This document shows positions 35,640-45,192 of a stretch of DNA of 59,472 nucleotides, in pieces. Origin of the DNA: Actinomycetota bacterium. Its GTDB lineage: Bacteria; Actinomycetota; CADDZG01; JAHWKV01; JAOPZY01. A program made the translations under genes and the position numbers. The notes beneath the pieces were generated by a model. It saw nothing but the letters and a program-made list of their open reading frames with translations. It did not search any database and was not told where the DNA came from. Numbering within the stretch: the first letter of the stretch is position 1; every line of letters starts with the position of its first letter. The stretch lies in NCBI GenBank assembly GCA_025963875.1, contig JAOPZY010000023.1, forward strand, positions 1-59,472, given 5' to 3'.

Positions 35640-36017
35640 TTGGACGAGCCCGAGACCGTCTACACGCGCGAGACCGCCAACCTCCTGCTGGACGAGGTGC
35701 GGGAGCGACTCGTGCGGCTGCAACGGGCCTACGCCGACGTTGCCGGACACCGGACGTCGATGGCCTCGAGCGCCGGTGGCAACGGGGGCGATGCCGGAGC
35801 CTCCCGCTGGCTTGCCTCGTCACGGACCGCGGCAGACGAGCTGTCCTGGTTCCGGGACAGGGGCATCGTCGTGCGCGATATCGAGCAGGGGCTGATCGAC
35901 TTCCCCGGCCTCCGTGGAGGAAGGCAGATCTACCTGTGCTGGCGACTGGGCGAGGATGCGGTCAACTTCTGGCACGACAGGGAGACGGGGTTCGCCGGAA
36001 GGCAGCCGCTGGAGTAG
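35640..36017 (+). CDS. DUF2203 family protein
   Basis: [32 protein letters not shown]...[13 protein letters not shown]. Confidence 0.88.
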   Translation: MDEPETVYTRETANLLLDEVRERLVRLQRAYADVAGHRTSMASSAGGNGGDAGASRWLASSRTAADELSWFRDRGIVVRDIEQGLIDFPGLRGGRQIYLCWRLGEDAVNFWHDRETGFAGRQPLE

Positions 36018-36072
36018 TCGCCGGCAAGTTGCTCCTCCCTGTCTTCTGAGGTACCGGGAGTATCCTGCGCCG

Positions 36073-36723
36073 GTGCTCCTCGCCTTCGTCCTGCTCCTCG
36101 CTGGCGTGGTGGTCGGTGTGCTGCGCGGCGGGAGCCTGGAGAACATCAACCGGGTTCGCTTCCGGCTTCCCTGGCTCGTCTTCCTCGGACTGGCCCTTCA
36201 GATCGGCGCCGACGCAGCCGCCGCCAGGTTTCCCGGCGTCCAGAAGGGAGTCGCCGGACCCCTCGTGCTGGCCATCTCTTACGGCTTGGTGGGCACATTC
36301 GTTGTGCTCAACTTCCGGTTCCCTGGAGCGATGATCATCGGCCTGGGACTGCTCCTCAACCTGAGTGTCATCCTGGCCAACGGCGCCATGCCGGTCTCGC
36401 TCTGGGCAGCCCGGGTGTCGGGATCGCACGTCGCCTCGCACCTGCAGAACTCGGTGAAGCACGGGGTCAAGGGGCCGGGTACTCGCCTCGGGTTCCTCGG
36501 CGACATCATCCCCGTGCCCCCGCTCGGCATCGTCAGTGTCGGCGACGTGGTGCTGGGCGCGGGCGTGTTCCTTCTGGTGACCTACCTCATGGCGCCGGAC
36601 AAGCGTCGGACCTGCAACAACCCTGGCGAGAACCAAGGCGAGAGCAACCGGAGCGAAGGGGGCCCGGGGCATCAGCGTCAACCGAACACACCCGAGCCCC
36701 CTCCATTCTCCGGATGCCGCTGA
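36073..36723 (+). CDS. DUF5317 family membrane protein
   Basis: G.LRGGSL, LN..VILANG.MPV, TRL.FLGDII, SVGDV. Confidence 0.85.
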   Translation: MLLAFVLLLAGVVVGVLRGGSLENINRVRFRLPWLVFLGLALQIGADAAAARFPGVQKGVAGPLVLAISYGLVGTFVVLNFRFPGAMIIGLGLLLNLSVILANGAMPVSLWAARVSGSHVASHLQNSVKHGVKGPGTRLGFLGDIIPVPPLGIVSVGDVVLGAGVFLLVTYLMAPDKRRTCNNPGENQGESNRSEGGPGHQRQPNTPEPPPFSGCR

Positions 36724-36927
36724 CTAGCTGCGGCCCACGAGCCCTTCAGCGAGCTGATGGATGGCCTGCGCCGGGTAGCGGCGGTGACCCCCGAGGGTCC
36801 GCATGTACGGAAGCTTCTTGTCGTTGGCCCATCGCGAGACGGTCTTGGTCGACACGTGGAGGACCCGAGCGACATCTGCGGTCCGCAGGTAGTCGTTGTT
36901 GCGGACAGCGACTCGTGACTCTGCCAT
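36724..36927 (-). CDS. bldC: BldC-like MerR-type HTH protein
   Basis: L.TADVA..LHVS.KTVSRWA...KLP..RTLGGHRRY; RBS AAAGGAG. Confidence 0.88.
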   Translation of the reverse strand: MAESRVAVRNNDYLRTADVARVLHVSTKTVSRWANDKKLPYMRTLGGHRRYPAQAIHQLAEGLVGRS

Positions 36928-37189
36928 TGCTTCTCCTTTGGTTGAAACGCCATAGTCTCGGCCAGGCCGTAGACCCGTTCGCCTCAATATTCGGCTTTCG
37001 CAGAGCAGGAAAGAATGGACAGATAGGATCAAATTATGGGACCCAATGTGTCTAGTCACATGTTGCTATTCCGGGCGTATGAGGCAAGATGATGGCCCGC
37101 GCTAGCCAAATTGCGTCGGAAAGGGGGACAGGACTACGTAAGTTGGGGGGGCCTGTTGCTACACGAAACTCTGGACGAAACTAGACGCC

Positions 37190-37429
37190 CTACTCCGACC
37201 GGGCGCCCTCGACCTGGATAGCGAACCGGATCCGGGTGACGAGTTGCGGCGGCGCGGGCTCACAGCCGCAGCGGCGCCGGACGAGGTCCTTGAACAGCCG
37301 CTCGGTCTCGTGGCGCCCGAAGCATTCGGTGCAGCGCTCCAGATGACCTTTGAGTTCTTCGCACTTCTCGGGGGAAAGCTCACCGTCGAGAATGAGAGAG
37401 ATCTCTTGCAGCACCTCACGGCAATTCAT
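37190..37429 (-). CDS. rshA: Zinc-binding anti-sigma factor (RsrA/RshA-like)
   Basis: C....., LDGE, HLERCTEC (HxxxCxxC); immediately after the ECF sigma gene. Confidence 0.88.
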   Translation of the reverse strand: MNCREVLQEISLILDGELSPEKCEELKGHLERCTECFGRHETERLFKDLVRRRCGCEPAPPQLVTRIRFAIQVEGARSE

Positions 37430-37432
37430 CGC

Positions 37433-38023
37433 TTACGACCTTCCTTCGACAAGCCCGGTTTCCACCGCCTTCTCCCACAACGCCTTTTGGAGCGCTTTCC
37501 TTCCCCGGTGCAGCCGCGACATGACCGTACCGATCGGAATGTTCAGCATGTCGGCGATCTCCCGGTAGGAGAATCCCTCGACGTCGGCGAGCAGGACGGG
37601 GATCCGGAAGTTCTCGGCAAGGTCGGAGAGCGCCTGCTTGACATCGTCGTCCACCAGGCCCTCGAGCACGATGGACTCCGCCGACTTGCCCACCCCGGCG
37701 TCATGAGCGAGGAGATTGCGGTAAAGATCGAACTCTTCGGTGTCGTCGGTCGAGACAGTGACCGGCTCCCGGCGCCGCTGCCGGTAACCGCTGATGAAGA
37801 GGTTGGTCATGATCTTGAAGAGCCACGCCTTCAGGTTCGTACCCGGCTCGAAACGGTCCCACGCGCGGAAGGCCCGAAGGTAGGTCTCCTGCACGAGATC
37901 CTCGGCATCGGAGGGGTTGCGCGTCATACGGAGCGCCGAGCCGTAGAGCGCGTCGGCGAACACGAGGGCCTCGTCCTCGAAACGGTGGACGGGGACGGGC
38001 AGCGACTGCGAGGACGTGGCCAC
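37433..38023 (-). CDS. sigH: ECF sigma factor (SigH/SigR-like)
   Basis: [50 protein letters not shown]. Confidence 0.9.
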   Translation of the reverse strand: MATSSQSLPVPVHRFEDEALVFADALYGSALRMTRNPSDAEDLVQETYLRAFRAWDRFEPGTNLKAWLFKIMTNLFISGYRQRRREPVTVSTDDTEEFDLYRNLLAHDAGVGKSAESIVLEGLVDDDVKQALSDLAENFRIPVLLADVEGFSYREIADMLNIPIGTVMSRLHRGRKALQKALWEKAVETGLVEGRS

Positions 38024-38111
38024 GCTGGGTTCCTTGCTTGAGTGAGGGGCTATTCATCGCCTGGTTCAAGGGCCGGACAGCTATCCTACCGGGAGCCGCT
38101 GTGGCGAGCCC

Positions 38112-38159
38112 GAGGTTGGTAGCTTTTCCCGCGGATACGCGGGATTTCCTTCTCACCTC
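38112..38159. repeat. 48-bp palindromic element overlapping the mscS stop
   Basis: GAGGTTGGTAG-CTTTT-CCCGCG-GATA-CGCGGG-ATTTC-CTTCTCACCTC. Confidence 0.8.
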
Positions 38160-39241
38160 TGGTGATCGCCCTGGTTTGGCCGGAGGAGCGCGGTGCCCCG
38201 CCCGTCCCCCTCCCAGCGCAGCGTCTGGATGGGGTACGGGATCTCGATACCCTCCTCGCGGTACCGGGCGTGGAGCCGCTTCACGAATGCGTGACGGACG
38301 GGGTACTGGTCGTAGAACTCGGCTGCCCGGAGGTAGACGGTGCAGTCGATGCTCGAGCTGCCGAAGGCACCGAACCACACCCATGGTTCAAAGTCGGGGT
38401 CACCACCGGGGACCTCGCGCATCACCTCCCGCCCGACCTCGATCGTGACGCGCTCCACCAACTCCAGGTCGCTGTCGTAGCTCACGCCGACGTGGACGGG
38501 AACCTGCAGGCCACGCTGCGGCTCGTGGTAGTTGGTCAGCACGGCCGTCGCGAGGCGTGCGTTCGGCACGAGGATCAGGTTGTCCGGGAGCTGGCGCAGC
38601 GACGTATGCCGCCAGTTGATGTCGACGACGTAGCCCTCCTCGCCGCTGTCCATCCGGACGTAGTCGCCGCCGCGTATGTACTTGGCGGCGATGAGGTGGA
38701 TGCCGGAGAAGAGGTTGGCGAGCGTGTCCTTCAGCGCCAGCGCCACGGCGAGGCCCCCGACGCCGAGGGCCGTCAGCAGCGGCGTGATGGAGATACCCAG
38801 CGTCTGCAGGATGACGAGGACCCCGACCACGAAGACGACCAGCCGGGTGATGTTCAAGAAGATGGATCCGAACATGCCGGAGCCGTCGGAGCGCTGGGCG
38901 TAGTGCTGGACCATGGCTGCCGCCAGGCGTGCGGCAAACACGGTCCCACAGAAGAGGAGCACGACCGCGACAGTCTGGTGCACCAACCTGGCGAGCCCAG
39001 GGGTGAGCGGCAGCGCCAGGCTGGCCGCGTAGGCGCCGATGGAGGTGGAGGCGACGACCACGACACCCTGGGCCGCCCTGACCACGGCCCACCGGGACAC
39101 GAGCCGGCTGCGCCGCAGCCGCGCGAGGACCACCCTCGAGAGCAGCAGACCCACGAGGAGCCCGCTCCCGAGGATGACGCCGGCGGTGGCGAACTGGTGC
39201 ATGCCGGCGTGACGCGTCAGTCCGATGACCGTTGGTTCCAC
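38153..39241 (-). CDS. mscS: Small-conductance mechanosensitive channel
   Basis: LTALGVGGLAVALAL.DTLANLFSG, GDYV, EGYV.DI.WR.T, VPN, GIEIPYP; start codon uncertain. Confidence 0.93.
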   Translation of the reverse strand: MEPTVIGLTRHAGMHQFATAGVILGSGLLVGLLLSRVVLARLRRSRLVSRWAVVRAAQGVVVVASTSIGAYAASLALPLTPGLARLVHQTVAVVLLFCGTVFAARLAAAMVQHYAQRSDGSGMFGSIFLNITRLVVFVVGVLVILQTLGISITPLLTALGVGGLAVALALKDTLANLFSGIHLIAAKYIRGGDYVRMDSGEEGYVVDINWRHTSLRQLPDNLILVPNARLATAVLTNYHEPQRGLQVPVHVGVSYDSDLELVERVTIEVGREVMREVPGGDPDFEPWVWFGAFGSSSIDCTVYLRAAEFYDQYPVRHAFVKRLHARYREEGIEIPYPIQTLRWEGDGRGTALLRPNQGDHQR

Positions 39242-39329
39242 CCTGAATCCTTTACGGTGGCTTTACCCCAGCCGGCGACGGCGGCAAACGGCCTCAGGAA
39301 GCTTTATCCAGGAAGGGCGGCCCGGCCGG

Positions 39330-39377
39330 GAGGTAAGTCCTCTATCGCGCGTATCTGCGCGATCCGCTCCTAACATC
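39330..39377. repeat. 48-bp palindromic element
   Basis: GAGGTAAGTCC-TCTAT-CGCGCG-TATC-TGCGCG-ATCCG-CTCCTAACATC. Confidence 0.7.
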
Positions 39378-39391
39378 GACAGCACCCAAGC

Positions 39392-39416
39392 AAAAAGCCT
39401 GGCCATGGCCAGAGCT
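39392..39416 (-). terminator. Intrinsic terminator after tRNA-fMet
   Basis: CTGGCCATGGCCAG hairpin followed by GCTTTTT on the minus strand. Confidence 0.7.
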
Positions 39417-39423
39417 CTTGTAG

Positions 39424-39497
<74 letters not shown>

Positions 39498-39538
39498 CTG
39501 AAAGATTACCACGAGCTCCTGGAGCGCTGCTCCTGGCG

Positions 39539-39587
39539 GACGTTTCGTAACTTTTGGTTGTCAGGCGACGAAAACTTACGAAACCTC
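39539..39587. repeat. 49-bp palindromic element
   Basis: GACGTTTCGTAA-CTTTT-GGTTG-TCAG-GCGAC-GAAAA-CTTACGAAACCTC. Confidence 0.7.
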
Positions 39588-39604
39588 GGCTTCGCCGAGG
39601 AAGG

Positions 39605-42481
39605 TCAGCTCTTGGACGGCGAGGGCGTCGGGCTGGGCGATCCCGAGGGCGTCGGGCTGGGCGAGGCCGCTGTCTGCAGCACCTGAGCCAGGGCCGCCAG
39701 CTCCTGGCCGGCGGTGGCGAAGTCGCCCTTGCCCTCGGCCTGCTGGTAGGCCTGGAGGTGCTGCAGAGCCTGCTGGGCGAGGCTCTGGGCCGACCCGCTG
39801 GCGCCCGGGGTGGTGGTGGTGGTCCCCGGCGTGCCGGGGGTGGTGGACACCGTTCCCGTGGGCGTCGTCGATGTTCCTCCCACCAGCAGGTTGAGGGAGT
39901 CCGCCAGCGTGGTGCTGAACGCCACCTTGGTGGAGGTGGCGGTGATCACGTATTCGAGGAGCGGCACCGCGTTGGACTGTGCCTGCACGAACATCGGCTC
40001 GACGTAGAGGAGCGAGTTGGCCAGGGGGACCACGAGCAGGTTGCCGAAGTTGACGGTCGAACCCAGCTGGCCCAGCAGGGTCTTGGCGGTGGAGATGTCC
40101 TTGTTGGCGTTGATCCGGGCGTGGACCTGGCCGACACCGTCAACGAGCGCTCCGGGTGGGAAGTGGAGGTCGACGAGCTGCTGGCCCCCGACGACCGGCG
40201 ACGAGCGCGCCGCGATCAGCGAGATCATGTTCTGTTTGTTCTGCGGGTTCATCGGCAGGATGAGCTCGTAGCTTGGCTGGGTGTCGCCGGGCAGCAGCAT
40301 CAGGACGTAGTAGGGCTGGATCTCCTGGCCGTGGGCCAGCGCCGTTGTGACGTTGGGCTGGTTGGGGTCGGGTGGGATCGCCCACGCGTCGCCCTGGGCG
40401 AAGAACGTGCCCGGGTCCGTGACGTGGTACTTCTCGTACACGAACGTCTGGACGCTGAACAGGTCCTCGGGGTAACGCGCATGCTGGGCGACGGGCACCG
40501 GCATCGTGGCGGCGTCCGAGAACAGGTTCGGGAACGCCTTGACCCACGCCTGGATGATGGGATCGCTCGGGTCCCAGACGTAGAGCTTCACCGTGCCGTC
40601 GTAGGCATCGATGGTGGCTTTCACCGAGTTGCGGATGTAATTGTTGTCGCCCGAGATCGCGGTGCTGGAGGTCAGGCTGGACTGCGGGTGAGCCGCGCGG
40701 TCGCCGAAGCTGGTCTGCTCGGAGTAGGGGTACATCGCCGAGACCGTGTAGCCATCGGCGATCCACACCACCTTCCCGTTCACCACCGCCGGGTACGGGT
40801 CGGTGTCCCAGTTCATGAACGGAGCCGCCCGGCTGAGGCGATCCTGGATCTGGCGGTAGTACATGATCTTGGTGTCCTTGCCGACCAGGTTCGAGATGAG
40901 GATGTTCACGTTCTTGAACCGCCAGGCGTACATCAGCCTCGAGAAGAAGCCGGAGACGGGGACGCCGCCCTTACCCTGGTAATTGGCATAGACGTCGCCG
41001 GACGGCGTCGAGTAGTCGAGCTCCTTCTGCTTGGAATCCACCAGCGAGTAGTCGCCGATCTGTCCCTCTCCGAAGTAGATGTCCGGCTGGGTGACGTTGA
41101 GCTCGGCCACGGTGGACGTCGGCGGGATGTTCTGGACCAGGAACACGGGCTGGCCCTCGGGGGTCTTCGCGTTGGCGGGGCTGGCGACCACGCCGTAGCC
41201 GTGGGTGTAGATCAGGTGCTGGCTCTGCCAGCTCTGCCCGTTGAGGTTGGACGTGTTGAGCTCGCGGGTCGAGACGAGCACCTGCTGGATGGCCCCGCTG
41301 ATGGAATAGCGATCCGGGTTCACATCGACGAAGGAGTAGTAGGGCCGGATCTCCTGGAGGGTCTGGTACGCGGTCTGCAGGGTGGCCGGGTCCCAGAGCC
41401 GGATGTTGCTCAGCGTCGCCCCCTCCTTGGCGACCGCGTCGCCCGTGATCGTCCCCACGTCGGTATAGGGCTGTGACGTGATGCCGATGCCGTAGGCAGC
41501 CCGCGTCGCGGTGATGTTGCGCTGGATGAACAGCGCCTCCTTCTGGAGCTGGGCCGGCGCAACGACGAAGCGCTGGACCACGAACGGGTACACACCGGCC
41601 GCCAGCACCGAGGTCAGGAACCAGAGCCCCGCCCCGGCGATCGGCAGGTACCAGCCGCGGACCCGGATGTTCACCAGGAACAGGATCGCCCCGATGATGG
41701 AGATCACGACCAGCAGGCGTAGCGCCGGCAGCTCGGCGTGGATGTCGGTGTACGAGGCCCCCGTGATCTTGCCGCGGGTCGAGTACAGCAGGTTGTACTC
41801 CCCGAGCCGGTATCCCCACGCCCGAAGGAGAGCGATGAGGCCGATCAGGACCGACAGGTGCGCCTTGACCTGCGGGGTGACCCGGTCGGCTGCGGCCTGG
41901 GGACGGATCCCCCCCGTCAGGTAGTGGGCGGAGGCAACGACGAGCGTGACCACGACGAGCGCCGCGAAGGCCCAGCCGTAGAGGAACCGGTAGAAGGGCA
42001 ACCGGAAGACGTAGAAGCTGATGTCGCGGTGGAAGACCGGGTCGGTCGTGTGGAAGGGAACGCTGTGCAGGGCCAGCACGAGGCGGTCCCACAGCGGGGA
42101 GGCGCTGAGGCCGAACAGGAGGGCCAGGAACGCGCTGCCGCCGGCGGCGATCCAGCGCATGTACGGCATGGCGGCGGTGCGGTACCGGTTGAGGGGGTCG
42201 TTCGGATCCGCCGCAAGGCGGTACACCGGCATGAGCCTGGCCACGATGAACAGGTTGGCGAGGCAGAAGAGGAAGAACAGGATCCCGAGCCCCACGCCGA
42301 GCAGCACCTCGGAGCGAAGGATCGTCCAGAACACCGAGCTGAAGCGGACCTCCCGGTACCACTGCAGATCGGTGTAGAGCCGGACGATGGTCGAGATGGA
42401 GATGATGAACAGGAGGACGAGGCCCGCCACCACGAGCAGGATCCGACGGCTGCGTCGGCGCAGAGGCAACCGCTGGACCAT
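39605..42481 (-). CDS. UPF0182 membrane protein
   Basis: DPVFHRDISFYVF.LP, GASYTDIHA.LP, NIRLWD, HLIYTHGYG, NYIRNSVKA.IDAYDG, RYPEDLF. Confidence 0.96.
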   Translation of the reverse strand: MVQRLPLRRRSRRILLVVAGLVLLFIISISTIVRLYTDLQWYREVRFSSVFWTILRSEVLLGVGLGILFFLFCLANLFIVARLMPVYRLAADPNDPLNRYRTAAMPYMRWIAAGGSAFLALLFGLSASPLWDRLVLALHSVPFHTTDPVFHRDISFYVFRLPFYRFLYGWAFAALVVVTLVVASAHYLTGGIRPQAAADRVTPQVKAHLSVLIGLIALLRAWGYRLGEYNLLYSTRGKITGASYTDIHAELPALRLLVVISIIGAILFLVNIRVRGWYLPIAGAGLWFLTSVLAAGVYPFVVQRFVVAPAQLQKEALFIQRNITATRAAYGIGITSQPYTDVGTITGDAVAKEGATLSNIRLWDPATLQTAYQTLQEIRPYYSFVDVNPDRYSISGAIQQVLVSTRELNTSNLNGQSWQSQHLIYTHGYGVVASPANAKTPEGQPVFLVQNIPPTSTVAELNVTQPDIYFGEGQIGDYSLVDSKQKELDYSTPSGDVYANYQGKGGVPVSGFFSRLMYAWRFKNVNILISNLVGKDTKIMYYRQIQDRLSRAAPFMNWDTDPYPAVVNGKVVWIADGYTVSAMYPYSEQTSFGDRAAHPQSSLTSSTAISGDNNYIRNSVKATIDAYDGTVKLYVWDPSDPIIQAWVKAFPNLFSDAATMPVPVAQHARYPEDLFSVQTFVYEKYHVTDPGTFFAQGDAWAIPPDPNQPNVTTALAHGQEIQPYYVLMLLPGDTQPSYELILPMNPQNKQNMISLIAARSSPVVGGQQLVDLHFPPGALVDGVGQVHARINANKDISTAKTLLGQLGSTVNFGNLLVVPLANSLLYVEPMFVQAQSNAVPLLEYVITATSTKVAFSTTLADSLNLLVGGTSTTPTGTVSTTPGTPGTTTTTPGASGSAQSLAQQALQHLQAYQQAEGKGDFATAGQELAALAQVLQTAASPSPTPSGSPSPTPSPSKS

Positions 42482-42490
42482 TGGCGCAGC

Positions 42491-43822
42491 CTACTCCCCC
42501 GCCGCGACTACGGTGCAAGTACAGCCGCCGTGCGCAGGGGGGGCCAGATGCCCGCTGGGGAAGGACACATCGATGCCGACGACACCGGCCGCCGCGTTCG
42601 CACGGCAGGTGTCGCGAGGGCAGTCGGCCTCATCGGGGGACAGCAACCAGCGCTTGCCAGGGCCGTGGGCTTCCCGCCAGGCGTCGAGGAGGCCGTGGTG
42701 GAAGGCAGCGTAGACCAGCCCCTCGCCGAGCAGCTCGGTGCGGACTCCTTTCCAGACCCGGTAGACGTCGCCCGCCCGTTCCGACACCGTCGTGGCCGTG
42801 TCGCCTGCCGCCAGTCTCGGCTCGACCATCCGGCCCAGATCGCGTCGCAGGGGGGCCACAACCTGCTTGGCAACCAGGGCGCCCACCACGTCGGGTGGCT
42901 CCCCGATCGGGATGCCACCGCCCGCAGTGCGACCGGCGATGAATGCGGGTTCCAGCGCGGGGCGCATGCCCTCGACGAAGCGCTCCACCTGCACGGCGGT
43001 GGGGAAGATGTCGTCCTCGAACGTGCCCCGCCCCCGGTGGCGACGGATGCGGTCGAGGAGATCGTTCTGGTCCTCCTGGAGCAGGCGCTTCAGGGTGCGC
43101 CCTGCCAGCAGCGGCGCGTCGGCGAGGGCCTCGGCCCGGGCAACGAACGCCGGCTCGCGGGCAGCGGCAGCTGGCTCGCTCCCGAACTCGAGGGCCGGCT
43201 CGCCCAACGGCAGTTGCGGCTCAAGGGGTACGACGACGGCGAGGACCACCTCGGCGGACTCTTCTTCCAGAGACTCCTCATCCCCCGCAGGCTCGGCCTC
43301 CCCAACCTGGGGCTCGGGCACTCTCTTATCCGGCTTATCCGGCGCCTTGAGGGGCGCCTCGGGCACCACCTCGAGGGGTGGCTCTGCCGGCTCACCTACC
43401 TCGATCAGCACCGGCACCGGGTCCGCTTCGGGCGGTGCTCCAAAGCCCTTCGCAGGCGACGCCGGCTCGGGCGCCTCCACCGGCGTGCGCAACCGCAGGA
43501 TGATCTCCTCGAGCCTGCGGTGCACGTCCTCGATCTGGTTGGCGAGGATGGTCCGCGCCTCCCGGAAGCGCCGAAGCTCCTCCTCCGCGGCCCGCCGCTG
43601 CGATGCGGCTGCCAGCGCCAGCTCGTTGGCCTGGACCCGCGCCTCGGCGACGATGCCGGCTGCGTCGCGGCGTGCCTGCTCCCGGATGCCGCGGCCGGCC
43701 TCCTCTGCGGCAGTGAGGACCTTGGAGGTCTGCTCGCCGAGCTGGCGGAAGAAGGCTGCGGCGTCCTCGGCGGGACCTGCGGAGGGTTGGGCCTCGGGGG
43801 CCCGGGGTTCAGCGGCGTCCAT
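42491..43822 (-). CDS. Coiled-coil (DivIVA-like) protein with C-terminal MuF-like Cys/His domain
   Basis: LGEQTSKVLTAAEEAG..IR..A coiled coil, Pro/Glu linker, KRW...CPRDTC..N...FPSG...PPAHGGCTC; TACGCT 7 nt before the ATG. Confidence 0.75.
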   Translation of the reverse strand: MDAAEPRAPEAQPSAGPAEDAAAFFRQLGEQTSKVLTAAEEAGRGIREQARRDAAGIVAEARVQANELALAAASQRRAAEEELRRFREARTILANQIEDVHRRLEEIILRLRTPVEAPEPASPAKGFGAPPEADPVPVLIEVGEPAEPPLEVVPEAPLKAPDKPDKRVPEPQVGEAEPAGDEESLEEESAEVVLAVVVPLEPQLPLGEPALEFGSEPAAAAREPAFVARAEALADAPLLAGRTLKRLLQEDQNDLLDRIRRHRGRGTFEDDIFPTAVQVERFVEGMRPALEPAFIAGRTAGGGIPIGEPPDVVGALVAKQVVAPLRRDLGRMVEPRLAAGDTATTVSERAGDVYRVWKGVRTELLGEGLVYAAFHHGLLDAWREAHGPGKRWLLSPDEADCPRDTCRANAAAGVVGIDVSFPSGHLAPPAHGGCTCTVVAAGE

Positions 43823-43906
43823 CTGCCGAAGCGTACCCGACGGCGTCCCCGGGTCCCCGTCTTTCCGCCCGAAATCGCCCGAAACCGCCTGAAATCGGGC
43901 CCGATG

Positions 43907-43955
43907 GAAGTTTGGTGACTTTTCGTTGGCTGCGAACAAAAATCCTCCGAACTTC
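43907..43955. repeat. 49-bp palindromic element
   Basis: GAAGTTTGGTGA-CTTTT-CGTTG-GCTG-CGAAC-AAAAA-TCCTCCGAACTTC. Confidence 0.65.
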
Positions 43956-43999
43956 GCGCGTGTCGATGTGGAGCCGCCGCCGTTCCGGGAATCGGGGCG

Positions 44000-45184
44000 C
44001 TAGCCCTTGGCCGCAGGAGTGGGCGACGCCGTGGGCGAAGGGGGCAGGAGCAGGTTGAGGATCCGGTTCAGCAGCGTCGTGACAGGGTCGATCACCTGGT
44101 TGAGCACCCCTGTGGAGGTTGGCGTCGGCGTGGGAGACGGCGTCCCCAGCGGAACGGGTGCCGCCGAGGCTCTGGGCGCGGGGCCGGCCGCGATCACGGG
44201 CGGCTTGGTGGTGACCGGGATCGGGACGAGGCCGGGAGTGGGGTTCGTGACCGTGATACCGACCTTGCGGATGGCAGCGAGCAGGCCGGCGAACACCTCC
44301 TGCGCGGGCACGTGGTACTCCACGGCCAGGAGCCCCCAGCTCTCCCCCGCCAGCCACAGGCCCATGATCTGGTCGAAGGTGGCCTGAGGAGGGTCCCGGC
44401 GGGATGTCGCAGCGGCGAGCACGAGGCCGATCAGCACGTCGGAACGGGGCCGGGAGAGGAAGGGCTCGACATGGGCCAGCGCCACCGGATCGGCAATGAC
44501 GAGCCGGAAGAAGTCGCGGCCGGTGGCGTTCCCGAGCTGCGCATCCAGGCCACCACCGAAGCTGGCAAGCCGGGCATCGAGATCGATGGCGTCGCCCAGG
44601 TAGCGGTGGTCCCACACGTCTCCCCCCGCCAGGATCTCCAGCGGTCGCGGCGCTGTCATCGAGGTACCGGACACCGACGCCGCCTCCCGGAACGCCGGCA
44701 CCGAGAGCGTGGCGCCGGGCCCGGACATGCTCACCAGACCGGCGAAGACGCCGACCCCGGCCGTGGCGCTCGACGTCACGCGGAACGTCCCCGACGCCGA
44801 GGAGACGGTGAGGCCGTGGGTCTCGATCTGGCCCTTTGCGGTGAGGTCCCCGAGGGCGGCGCCCCTCACCAGCTGGATGCGGTCTGCTCCGGTGATCGAT
44901 GCCTCACCTTCGGCGAGCTCGAATGTCCGCCCGCTGCCGAGGTGCAGGACCGCCAGCGAGTTCGGGTCGACGGTGACGTGGTAGCCCACCCCGATCGCCG
45001 CCGCACCCGTGACCTTCTCGGTCCTTCCACCGGCGGAGATCGTGGCACTGCCCTGGCTCATCTGGAGCGTCATCGATGGTGGCGACGAGCTCTTGGCGTG
45101 CGTGCAGGCCGATGTGGCCAGCGTGAGAACCCCCGCAGCCGCGCAGACCTGGACCCACCGGGGCGCTCCCCGGCGTCGCGTCAT
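44000..45184 (-). CDS. Putative lipoprotein with FecR-like beta region
   Basis: Lipobox-like TSAC, beta-rich N-half (SLAVL.L..G....L, GTFRV, V.VF.G.V), Pro/Thr tail. Confidence 0.7.
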   Translation of the reverse strand: MTRRRGAPRWVQVCAAAGVLTLATSACTHAKSSSPPSMTLQMSQGSATISAGGRTEKVTGAAAIGVGYHVTVDPNSLAVLHLGSGRTFELAEGEASITGADRIQLVRGAALGDLTAKGQIETHGLTVSSASGTFRVTSSATAGVGVFAGLVSMSGPGATLSVPAFREAASVSGTSMTAPRPLEILAGGDVWDHRYLGDAIDLDARLASFGGGLDAQLGNATGRDFFRLVIADPVALAHVEPFLSRPRSDVLIGLVLAAATSRRDPPQATFDQIMGLWLAGESWGLLAVEYHVPAQEVFAGLLAAIRKVGITVTNPTPGLVPIPVTTKPPVIAAGPAPRASAAPVPLGTPSPTPTPTSTGVLNQVIDPVTTLLNRILNLLLPPSPTASPTPAAKG

Positions 45185-45192
45185 CCGACCCA

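Noticed and set aside
42491-42800. Prophage suggested by the MuF-like motif
   Set aside because: No portal, terminase or capsid genes; flanked by housekeeping genes.
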